Source of the DNA: Candidatus Acidiferrum sp.
Lineage (GTDB): Bacteria; Methylomirabilota; Methylomirabilia; Rokubacteriales; CSP1-6
Length of the DNA stretch: 64,000 nt
NCBI GenBank assembly: GCA_035317605.1
Contig: DATHGT010000133.1
Coordinates: 5,452-69,451, forward strand
Direction: 5' to 3'
Part shown: positions 53,809 through 61,705 of the stretch, piece after piece
How positions within the stretch are numbered: the first letter of the stretch is position 1
How the letters are laid out: each line of letters opens with the position of its first letter
Notes under the pieces: model-generated
The model's input: the letters and a program-made list of their open reading frames with translations, nothing else
What the model was told of the DNA's origin: nothing
Database searches by the model: none
Position numbers and translations under genes: made by a program

Positions 53809-54794
53809 CGCGCGCCCAGCTCCAGGACGGCCTCGGCCACACGGTGCGCCCCCCCGCCATCGACGAGGCTTCGGCCACGCCGACTCATCGCCTCCCGAAG
53901 GGCCGCGTCCGCGGCCAGACCGCGCAAGGCTTCGCCCACTCGTCGGCCGACGCCCTCGTCGTCGACGTCCCCCGCAAAGCGGAAGACGCCTTCCGCATCC
54001 CACGAGCGCGACTGCGGCGTCTGGTTGGGAGCCACGGCCACCAGGACCGCCGGTACGCCCATGGCGGCGAGTTCGTACGTCACTTGACCGCCTGCGCTCA
54101 GGGCCAGGTCCGCCGTCACCATCAGGTCCGCGAGGGACTTGGGATGGTGATGCACGGTCACGAGCTCCTCGGGAACACCGAGAGGCCCGCTGGCCAGAGG
54201 ACCCACCACCGCATCGATCGTCACCGCGGGCAACGCGGCGCGAACCCAGCTCAGGAACCGGCTCATCGAAGCCTTCGGATCCGCTCCTCCGACCGTCACC
54301 AGCACTCGGAGCACCGGGTGGGAGGCGGCAGGCCTTCCGTCCCGCGCGAACTCCGGACGGAGCAGCGCGTAGCGCGGCCCCAGGAGCAGCCGCGCGTCGG
54401 CCGACCCGCGGTAGGCGGAGACGCCCACGCCGGGTGCCGTGTTGACGACGACGTCGGCGGGGATCTCGCGATCGGCCAGGTCGTCGATCACGACCAGCGG
54501 GCCCGCTTGCCGCAAGCGCGCCAGGTCCTCCCTCCGGAGCTCGTAGGAGTCGGCCACGAACACCCGCGGCGCCGCTCGGTCGACTTCATCGAGCCACGAC
54601 GTGACGCCGCCTCCGTCGATCGCCTGAACCCTGAAGCCGGCGTCGGCAATGAGCGCGGCCACGGTCGGTTCCGGATTAACGACGAAGCGCGACGCCGCTC
54701 CCAGGTTGCGGAGCGTTTCCGCGAGGGTCAGGCAACGACGGACGTGTCCGAAGCCCTCCACACGACCTCCGCGCGTGACGAAGACGACGGTCAC
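53805..54794 (-). CDS. pseG: UDP-2,4-diacetamido-2,4,6-trideoxy-hexose hydrolase PseG-like (MurG-like GT-B fold)
   Basis: GTG start 54794..54792 in a GTGA overlap. VVFVTRGGRVEGFGHVRRCLTLAETL matches the PseG/SpsG N-terminal GxGHxxR signature. TVGGADPKA and the C-terminal sugar-nucleotide block are present. The upstream 374 codons of the track ORF are spurious. Confidence 0.7.
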   Translation of the reverse strand: MTVVFVTRGGRVEGFGHVRRCLTLAETLRNLGAASRFVVNPEPTVAALIADAGFRVQAIDGGGVTSWLDEVDRAAPRVFVADSYELRREDLARLRQAGPLVVIDDLADREIPADVVVNTAPGVGVSAYRGSADARLLLGPRYALLRPEFARDGRPAASHPVLRVLVTVGGADPKASMSRFLSWVRAALPAVTIDAVVGPLASGPLGVPEELVTVHHHPKSLADLMVTADLALSAGGQVTYELAAMGVPAVLVAVAPNQTPQSRSWDAEGVFRFAGDVDDEGVGRRVGEALRGLAADAALREAMSRRGRSLVDGGGAHRVAEAVLELGAR

Positions 54795-55948
54795 GCGCTT
54801 CGCGCTTCCAGGACCCGTCGAACGGTGTCCACCACGCGGTCGACGTCGGCATCGTTCAACTCGGGAAACATCGGGAGCGAGAGGATGCTCGCGTACGCGG
54901 CCTCCGCGACCGGGCATTGCCCCGGGGACGTCCCGAAGCGCTTCTGATAGAAGGGATGCAGGTGCACGGGAATGTAGTGGACGTTGACGCCGAGGCCCTC
55001 CGCCCGCAAGGCCGCGAACACGTCCGCCCGATCGGTACGCAGTCGCTGCAGACGGAGGCGCACGACGTAAAGGTGGTAGGCATGCCCAGCCGCGGGGCGG
55101 ACGGCGAGGGGGGCCAGCCAGGGCATCCCTTGGAAGGCCGCGTCGTACCGGCGGGCCAGCTGCCGCCGGCGCGCGACCCAACCCTCCAGCTTGCGGAGCT
55201 GGCTGATCCCCAGGGCGCACTGCAGGTCGGTCAAGCGGTAGTTGAATCCCAGGTCCACCATCTCGTAGAACCAGGATCCCGCGGCCTCCCGCTGTCGATG
55301 ATCGCTGGTGATGCCGTGATTGCGGAAGATCCGCATCCGCCGCGCCCGCTCCGCGTCGTTGGTGGTGATCATCCCGCCTTCGCCGGTCGTGATGTGCTTG
55401 ACGGGATGAAAGCTGAAGGTCGACAGGTCGGCGAGCGTCCCCACGGGGACGCCCGACAGGTCCCCGCCGAGCGCGTGGCAGGCGTCGGCGATCAGCACGA
55501 GCCCGTGCGCGACGGCCAACTCCCGGAGCTTCACGTAGTCGCAGGGCTGACCGGCGTAGTCCACCGCCACGATGGCTTTCGTCCGTGCCGAGAGCCGCGA
55601 CTCCACCGAGGCGGGATCCACCAGCAAGGTGTCCGGGTCGACGTCGGCGAACACCGGCGTGCCGCCCTCGTAGACGACGCAGTTCGCGCTCGCCGCGAAG
55701 GTGAGCGCGGGCACGATCACCTCGTCGCCTGCCCCGATCCCGATCGCATGGACGGCCGCGTGCAGTGCCGCGGTCCCGTTGCTGACCGCCACCGCCTCCG
55801 TCGCTCCCACGAAATCCGCGAAGGCCCGCTCGAACTGTCCCACCAGCGGCCCCGTGGTCAGGTATTCGGAGCGCAGAACGCGGACGACGGCCTCGATGTC
55901 GTCGTCGCCGAGCCACTGCCTGCCGTACGGGAGGTGCCGGTTGGTCAC
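54791..55948 (-). CDS. pseC: DegT/DnrJ/EryC1/StrS-family PLP aminotransferase (PseC-like UDP-4-keto-6-deoxy-HexNAc transaminase)
   Basis: GTG start 55948..55946 in a GTGA overlap. The N-terminus LPYGRQWLGDDDIEAV is PseC-like. The PLP-Lys region is FSFHPVKHITTGEGG. Confidence 0.85.
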   Translation of the reverse strand: MTNRHLPYGRQWLGDDDIEAVVRVLRSEYLTTGPLVGQFERAFADFVGATEAVAVSNGTAALHAAVHAIGIGAGDEVIVPALTFAASANCVVYEGGTPVFADVDPDTLLVDPASVESRLSARTKAIVAVDYAGQPCDYVKLRELAVAHGLVLIADACHALGGDLSGVPVGTLADLSTFSFHPVKHITTGEGGMITTNDAERARRMRIFRNHGITSDHRQREAAGSWFYEMVDLGFNYRLTDLQCALGISQLRKLEGWVARRRQLARRYDAAFQGMPWLAPLAVRPAAGHAYHLYVVRLRLQRLRTDRADVFAALRAEGLGVNVHYIPVHLHPFYQKRFGTSPGQCPVAEAAYASILSLPMFPELNDADVDRVVDTVRRVLEARSA

Positions 55949-56949
55949 GGATCTCGAGAGAGTGGACTCGCGTGGAGCTTGGAGACCATCTCGGCGAGCT
56001 CCTCCCGCGAGAGCCAGCGATCGTTCAGATCCGAGGAATAGCGGAAGCCTTCCGGGCACGGTTTCGCGTGTTCGTAGTGGTTCGAGTCGAACCAGTCGAA
56101 CTCGGGCCGGATCACGAACCGGTCCGGGAGTTCGGCCGTGTGATGCGCGTCGTCCTCGGGAACCATGACCTCGTGGAGCTTCTCGCCGGGTCGAATACCG
56201 ATGACTTCCGTGCGGCACTCCGGCGCCAGGGCCGCCGCCAGATCCATGATGTTCATCGACGGGATCTTGGGCACGAAGATCTCACCGCCGGTCATCCGAT
56301 CGAGGCAGTCGATCACGAACTCAACGCCCTGCGGCAGGGTCAGCCAGAATCTCGTCATGCGGGGGTCGGTGATCGGAAGGACACCCGTCTTTCGACGCCC
56401 CAGGAAAAACGGGATGACGCTGCCCCGGCTGCCCACCACGTTTCCGTACCGCACCACGGAGAAGCGCGTGTTTCGGTGTCCCGCGTAGACGTTCCCGGCC
56501 ACGAACAGCTTGTCGGAGCAGAGCTTGGTCGCCCCGTAGAGATTGATGGGGTTGGCGGCCTTGTCCGTGGAGAGGGCGACCACGCGCTCCACGCCCATGT
56601 CAATCGCCTCGTTGATGACGTTTTCCGCGCCGACGACGTTGGTCTTGACGGCCTCGAACGGGTTGTATTCGGCCGCGGGGACCTGCTTGAGGGCGGCCGT
56701 GTGGATGACGACGTCGACGCCCTGAAAGGCTCGGTGGAGGCGATCACGATCGCGGACGTCTCCGATGAAGTACCGCAGCGCGGGAAACCGACTCTCCGGG
56801 AACTCCTGCCTCATCTCGAATTGCTTGAGCTCGTCCCGGCTGAAGACGATGACTTTCCGGGGCTGATAGCGGGTCAGGACCGTCCGGACGAAGGAACGCC
56901 CGAATGAACCCGTCCCCCCCGTGATCAACACGACCTTGTCGTCGATCAT
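55945..56949 (-). CDS. pseB: UDP-N-acetylglucosamine 4,6-dehydratase (inverting), PseB/FlaA1-like (Polysacc_synt_2)
   Basis: 334 aa. KVVLITGGTGSFG, the catalytic YGATKLCSDKLF and the C-terminal extension are typical of PseB/CapD short forms. It is the first gene of the long minus-strand array. Confidence 0.85.
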   Translation of the reverse strand: MIDDKVVLITGGTGSFGRSFVRTVLTRYQPRKVIVFSRDELKQFEMRQEFPESRFPALRYFIGDVRDRDRLHRAFQGVDVVIHTAALKQVPAAEYNPFEAVKTNVVGAENVINEAIDMGVERVVALSTDKAANPINLYGATKLCSDKLFVAGNVYAGHRNTRFSVVRYGNVVGSRGSVIPFFLGRRKTGVLPITDPRMTRFWLTLPQGVEFVIDCLDRMTGGEIFVPKIPSMNIMDLAAALAPECRTEVIGIRPGEKLHEVMVPEDDAHHTAELPDRFVIRPEFDWFDSNHYEHAKPCPEGFRYSSDLNDRWLSREELAEMVSKLHASPLSRDP

Positions 56950-56986
56950 CGGATCATTCTTTCCGCGCGCCCGTCGGAGTCCGCTT

Positions 56987-57007
56987 CGTGTTCAAAATGT
57001 GAACAGG
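56987..57007. promoter_or_regulatory. palindromic candidate operator CGTGTTCA-aaatg-TGAACA upstream of the pseB array
   Basis: Perfect 6-bp arms TGTTCA/TGAACA with a 5-nt spacer at 56989..57005, about 40 bp upstream of the pseB start. The same core recurs at 58631..58646. Confidence 0.35.
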
Positions 57008-57158
57008 ATTCTATCGCCCCGGCCGCCGCGCCGTCAAGCGCCCCATCGGCGAATGGGCCGGTCGCTTGACAGGTCGCGAGAAGAACCCGAAGATCCGGCC
57101 TCGTGCGGAACGGGCAGATTCGAGAATCACCGCCGACGCGGACGCTCCCGCCACCGTC

Positions 57159-57947
57159 ATGAGCGCCCCCCGAACGTCTCAGGAGCGGCTGGACGACTTC
57201 AGCGCCGGGGCCCTGGCCGATCGGCACGACCGCCAGCAGTCGCTCCTGGAGAACACCGGCGCGCTCGGGTCGCCGCCTTACCGCGTGCTCGATCTGGGAA
57301 GTGGAAGCGGCGTCACCGCCGTGTGGGCGGCGCGCCGAGGCTGGCCGGTCACAGCCGTGGATGTCGACGGCAAGCACATGGCGGTGCTGGAACGCCACCT
57401 CGCGGTCGAGGAGCCGGGCCTGCCCATCGAGCGGGTGGTCTCCGACGCGGTCACCTGCGAAGGCGTGCCCGACGCCGCCTACGACATCGCGTATCTCAAG
57501 GATCTGCTGGAGCACGTCGATGATTTCCGTACCTGCCTCGCCACGGCGTACCGGAAGCTCAAGCCGGGGGGGCTGTTGTACGTGGCCACCACCAACGTCG
57601 TGTGTCCGCTCCAGTTGGAATATCACGGCGTGGGGCCGTACTCGTGGTATCCGCGCTGGCTCAAGGACAGGATCCGCCTATGGGCGCTCGCCGGCCATCC
57701 CCGCGTCGTCGCCCACAGCGCCCGGCCGGCGCTCCACTGGTTCAGCCGGCGCTCGCTGAGCCGCGCCATGCGCGAGGTCGGATTCACGCGCACCTGGGAC
57801 CTCTACGACCTCGTGCGCTCGCCGGGAGACCTCACGCGCCGCACCCGTCTCATCTACCCGTTGATCCGTCACGCGCGCCGCGTCCCGCTCGGGCCGGACC
57901 TGGTCGACCTCATGGTGGTCGGGCTCACCATGGTGGCACAGGCCTAG
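57159..57947 (+). CDS. class I SAM-dependent methyltransferase
   Basis: Track ORF 57066..57947. The likely start is ATG 57159 (MSAPRTSQERL...). Motif I is VLDLGSGSGVTAVWAA and the acidic motif is YDIAYLKDLLEHV. Confidence 0.7.
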   Translation: MSAPRTSQERLDDFSAGALADRHDRQQSLLENTGALGSPPYRVLDLGSGSGVTAVWAARRGWPVTAVDVDGKHMAVLERHLAVEEPGLPIERVVSDAVTCEGVPDAAYDIAYLKDLLEHVDDFRTCLATAYRKLKPGGLLYVATTNVVCPLQLEYHGVGPYSWYPRWLKDRIRLWALAGHPRVVAHSARPALHWFSRRSLSRAMREVGFTRTWDLYDLVRSPGDLTRRTRLIYPLIRHARRVPLGPDLVDLMVVGLTMVAQA

Positions 57948-57997
57948 GTTCGGATCTGCCCTGAGGGGGGCCGGCAGGCCGGCGACCGCGCCGTCAT

Positions 57998-58588
57998 CTA
58001 TGCCGGCCGTTCACCGAGCACGATCAGTTTCGCCCTGGGGAGCCCCAGCCGCGTCACCTGCTCGACCAGGCGGTCGTTGGCGTTGAACGTCACCACCACG
58101 ACCCGATCGACCTCGGCGCTCGCGAGCTCACGGAGCGGACGGACGGGGAGATCGAGAAACGTCGACGCCTTGGTGTCGGCGAACACGGCGATCGCGTCCA
58201 GCCCGAGCTCCTTGAGCGTGAGGTAGGTGAGCTCCGCGGCCTCCCCGGTCCCGCACAGCGCCACCCGCTTCGGGCCCGCGCTGGCGATGGGCTGCAGGGC
58301 CTCGCGGAGCCGCTGACGTGTCTCGCGGTACAGCACGAGTGAGAAGCTCATGTACTCGTAGGTGAGGCGCGTCTTCTGGGCGATGCCGCGGGGCGTGAGG
58401 AGGTATTTCAAGCGGTTCGTGGGGATGGTGGTGATCTTGACGTAGCCCTTGCGGGTGAGCCGCTTGAGGTAGAGATTCGTCAGGCCGAGGGCGACCCCGA
58501 GGCTCTCGGACAGGCCGCGCTGGGTGACGTCGTCGCGGGCGGCGATCTCGGTGAGGATCTTGAGATCGCGCTGGGCCGCTTGCCTCAC
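57998..58588 (-). CDS. transcriptional regulator: N-terminal winged helix-turn-helix plus C-terminal Rossmann-like (CoA-binding/Rex-like) domain
   Basis: 196 aa. The N-terminus LKILTEIAARDDVTQRGLSESLGVALGLTNLYLKRLTRKGYVKI is AsnC/MarR-like wHTH. The C-terminus RVALCGTGEAAELTYLTLKELGLDAIAVFADT...VDRVVVVTF has a GxGxxA nucleotide-binding pattern. It resembles the C-terminal domain of the WecA fusion at 19829..21616. Confidence 0.55.
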   Translation of the reverse strand: MRQAAQRDLKILTEIAARDDVTQRGLSESLGVALGLTNLYLKRLTRKGYVKITTIPTNRLKYLLTPRGIAQKTRLTYEYMSFSLVLYRETRQRLREALQPIASAGPKRVALCGTGEAAELTYLTLKELGLDAIAVFADTKASTFLDLPVRPLRELASAEVDRVVVVTFNANDRLVEQVTRLGLPRAKLIVLGERPA

Positions 58589-58627
58589 GCGCCGGTCCCG
58601 TCGCCGCCCGCTTGGAGCCCGCTCATC

Positions 58628-58648
58628 GCGTGTTCATGTTTTGAACGG
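58628..58648. promoter_or_regulatory. second copy of the palindromic operator GCGTGTTCA-tgttt-TGAACGG, about 45 bp upstream of the regulator gene
   Basis: TGTTCA-N5-TGAAC at 58631..58646. It shares the CGTGTTCA...TGAAC core with the site at 56989..57005. Confidence 0.35.
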
Positions 58649-58723
58649 CGCCAGCCTAACAAGAGTTCCGGCGCCCGTCAACGACGGCGGGAGGCCGGCC
58701 GTGGAGCCGTCGCCGGCGACCCG

Positions 58724-60211
58724 TCACAGGGCCTGACGGGTCGCCTCCTCGGAGACCTGCCGGGCCGTTCGCGCCTCGTCGCGGGCCTTCTTGAAGAGAT
58801 GCTCGAAGCTCATCAAGGCGATGGCCAGGAACAGGCTCACCACAATGATCCCGGCCAGGATGGTGCTCCAGGCGTAGCCCTCTCGCCTGATCACGGGCGG
58901 CTGGGCGATGGCGACCTGGCTGCTCACCGTGAACGTGAGGTAGTCGTCGAGGAGCTTGGAGTAGTTCTGAATGATCTCCCGCAGCTCGGTCGAGACGGTC
59001 CCCAGGATGTCCTTGTAGCCGGAGGGCAGCTGGCCGATGCCGATGTCGCTGGCCTTGGGCAGCCAGGCGAGCTGATTCTGCAGGCGGGCTTTCTCGGCCT
59101 CCAGCGTTTGCCTGTCCTCCTGGAGCTTCGAGATCCGGGACACCACGGGCCCTTCGTAGTCGCTCTTGAGCAGCTTCTCGAGCGCGGTGACGTCGAGGAT
59201 CGAGGTGCCGCGTTCATTGCTGAGCTGGCCGGCCATCAGCGACTTGGGCCGGTCGATCAACGCCAGCAGCCGCCCCTGCTCCTCGGCTTCCCGCGTCTTC
59301 TGATGGATCCGGATGTCGACTTCGGCGATGCGGTGCTGAACCCGCTGCTGGATGAGGTCGCGGTTCTTGACCAATCGGCCGTGGTAGGTCACGGCCTCCA
59401 GGGCTTGCAGTCGCGTGGCGTACCAGGTCTCGAGATCGTTGACGAGGGTCCGGAAGGCGACCTGATACTTGGGATAGTTGTTCTGCAGCGTTTCCAGGAC
59501 GAGGCCGTTCAGCTCCGAGCTGAGCGTCGAGTAGGTCGTCACGAACCGCATCGGAAGGTCCCAGAAGTCGTAGGTCGCGATGAGTTTCTCGTAGGCGATG
59601 TCGTTCAGCGTGACCAGCGTCGATTTCTGCGCGTATTTGAGCTGTTCCTGGTACTTGAGCTGTTCCCGGTAGTGGCGGACCAGCGCGTCGAAGAACCGGA
59701 TCCGCTGCGCGTCGCTGATACCGGGGATCTCGGCGGCGATCCTGAACTCGCTGGGGAAATACTCGTCCCGTCTCGCGCCTTCCTTCTCCTGCCGTCTCCA
59801 GCGCCCCTGAATATCCCCGGGAATGATCGGGGTGACGAAGATGTGCGAAGCCAGATTCGTCAGGTTGCGACCGAACTGCGGGATGCCCGCTTCCGCGAGC
59901 GCGCTCGTCAGGACGGCGGGACTACGAAAGTCCTCGACGCTGAATTTTCGTCCGGTGGGATATTCGTTGCGCTCGATCCCCCGGAAGCTCAGCCGCAGCG
60001 TGCCCTCGACGAGCTTGGGAGCGGACAGGTACGCGTTGAGGAAGATGAGCACCCCGACCCCGAGAAACGCGATGAAGCGCACCGCGAGGGCGATGCGCCG
60101 GGCGTACAGGAATTTGATCGCGTCCACGAACCCGGGATGGAGCTCCTCTTCGTCGGCATCACGACCCACCTTTGGCGCCTTGGAAGACGCCGCCGCCGCT
60201 GGTTCGGTCAT
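58724..60211 (-). CDS. polysaccharide co-polymerase (Wzz/PCP-family chain-length determinant), no kinase domain
   Basis: 495 aa. The N-terminal Wzz motif and TM are FVDAIKFLYARRIALAVRFIAFLGVGVLIFL. It has a long periplasmic helical/coiled-coil region and a C-terminal TM (WSTILAGIIVVSLFLAIALMSF). GC is lower (about 60%). Confidence 0.7.
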   Translation of the reverse strand: MTEPAAAASSKAPKVGRDADEEELHPGFVDAIKFLYARRIALAVRFIAFLGVGVLIFLNAYLSAPKLVEGTLRLSFRGIERNEYPTGRKFSVEDFRSPAVLTSALAEAGIPQFGRNLTNLASHIFVTPIIPGDIQGRWRRQEKEGARRDEYFPSEFRIAAEIPGISDAQRIRFFDALVRHYREQLKYQEQLKYAQKSTLVTLNDIAYEKLIATYDFWDLPMRFVTTYSTLSSELNGLVLETLQNNYPKYQVAFRTLVNDLETWYATRLQALEAVTYHGRLVKNRDLIQQRVQHRIAEVDIRIHQKTREAEEQGRLLALIDRPKSLMAGQLSNERGTSILDVTALEKLLKSDYEGPVVSRISKLQEDRQTLEAEKARLQNQLAWLPKASDIGIGQLPSGYKDILGTVSTELREIIQNYSKLLDDYLTFTVSSQVAIAQPPVIRREGYAWSTILAGIIVVSLFLAIALMSFEHLFKKARDEARTARQVSEEATRQAL

Positions 60212-60385
60212 TCAGTTCTCCCCATTGGGATGGGTGGGACGGCCCACCATCCGCCAAGATATTGTGTCGTCCCTCGTCCTGTCAACCTGAACCGCACCCG
60301 CGACGCGGGGAGAGTTTTCTTGACTCGGAGCGGTGGCTGGTCGATCATGCCGTGCGTGCCGGATCGCGGAACCAACGAAGGAGGC

Positions 60386-61696
60386 ATGGGAGTGCTGGAG
60401 CTCGAAACACGCATTGAGCGGCGCGTCGCACGCATCGGCGTCGTCGGTCTCGGCTATGTCGGTTTGCCCCTCGCCGTCGAGTTCGCCAAGGCCGGCTTCG
60501 GTGTGGTCGGACTGGACGTCGATCGACGCAAGGTCGAACGCATCCGCCAGGGCGAGAACTACATTCCGGACATCGAGGACAGTGATCTGCAGAACGCCGT
60601 CCGGAAGGGGCAGCTGTCGGCCACCGATGACTGGGACGTCGTGGCCGATCTGGACGTCCTCATCGTCTGCGTGCCGACCCCCTTCAACCGCAACAAGGAG
60701 CCCGATCTCTCCGCCGTCGTCGAGGCGGTCCAGGCCATCGGCAAACGCCTGCGACGCGGCCAGCTCGTGGTCCTCGAGAGCACGACGTACCCGGGCACGA
60801 CCGAGGAGATCCTCCAGCCCGTGCTCTCCGAGAGCGGCCTCCGCGTGGGCGTCGACTTCGCCCTAGCCTACTCCCCGGAACGCGTCGATCCCGGCAACCG
60901 GCTCTATCAGATCCCCAACACGCCTAAGGTCGTGGGGGGCGTGACCCCGACGTGCGGCCGGCTGGCCGCCGCCCTCTATCGCACCATCGTGGTGAAGATC
61001 GTGCCGGTGTCCTCGTCCCGGATCGCAGAGATGGTCAAGCTGCTGGAGAACATCTTCCGCAACGTCAACATCGCGTTGGTCAACGAGCTGATGATCCTGT
61101 GCGACCGCATGGGCATCGACATCTGGGAAGTGGTCGAGGCCGCGGCCACCAAGCCCTTCGGGTTCATGAGCTTCCAGCCGGGTCCCGGGGTTGGCGGTCA
61201 CTGCATTCCCGTCGACCCGGTGTATCTGTCCTGGAAGGCGCGCGAGTACGACTTCTATACGAACTTCATCGACCTGGCCGCCGAGGTCAACGGCAACATG
61301 CCGTACTTCGTGGCGCAGAAGACGACCCGCGCGCTGGCCGCCCGGGGATGCGCGCTGTCGAGAGCGAACATCCTGGTGCTCGGGACGGCGTTCAAGCGCG
61401 ACGTGGGTGACGTGCGGAACTCGTCGGCCCTACGGCTGATGGAACTCCTCGCGCAGGACGGCGCGATGATCTCCTACCATGACCCCTACGTCCCGGAAGT
61501 GCGGTTGCGGGGCCACACCATGCGATCGGTCGAGCTCACCCCCGCCGTTCTCGGCGCCGCCGATTGCGTGCTGATCCACACAGACCACACGGTCTTCCGG
61601 TGGGAGTCGATCGTCCCGCACTGCCGCCTCGTCGTCGACACCCGCAACGCCACGCACGGCGTGCCCAACACCGCCGGCGTCGTCGTCAAGCTGTAG
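60386..61696 (+). CDS. UDP-N-acetyl-D-glucosamine/mannosamine 6-dehydrogenase (nucleotide-sugar dehydrogenase, WbpA/WecC-like)
   Basis: The real start ATG 60386 has AGGAGG 5 nt upstream. MGVLELETRIERRVARIGVVGLGYVGLPLAVEFA. The catalytic Cys is in GPGVGGHCIPVDP. 436 aa. The 5' 600 codons of track ORF 58580..61696 are antisense read-through of the PCP gene. Confidence 0.85.
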   Translation: MGVLELETRIERRVARIGVVGLGYVGLPLAVEFAKAGFGVVGLDVDRRKVERIRQGENYIPDIEDSDLQNAVRKGQLSATDDWDVVADLDVLIVCVPTPFNRNKEPDLSAVVEAVQAIGKRLRRGQLVVLESTTYPGTTEEILQPVLSESGLRVGVDFALAYSPERVDPGNRLYQIPNTPKVVGGVTPTCGRLAAALYRTIVVKIVPVSSSRIAEMVKLLENIFRNVNIALVNELMILCDRMGIDIWEVVEAAATKPFGFMSFQPGPGVGGHCIPVDPVYLSWKAREYDFYTNFIDLAAEVNGNMPYFVAQKTTRALAARGCALSRANILVLGTAFKRDVGDVRNSSALRLMELLAQDGAMISYHDPYVPEVRLRGHTMRSVELTPAVLGAADCVLIHTDHTVFRWESIVPHCRLVVDTRNATHGVPNTAGVVVKL

Positions 61697-61705
61697 GTCT
61701 CGGCG

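Noticed and set aside
56989-57005. Calling the TGTTCA-N5-TGAACA dyad a Rex operator
   Set aside because: The Rex consensus half-site is TGTGAA/TTCACA. The half-sites here differ, and the regulator's C-terminal domain cannot be assigned to Rex by eye.
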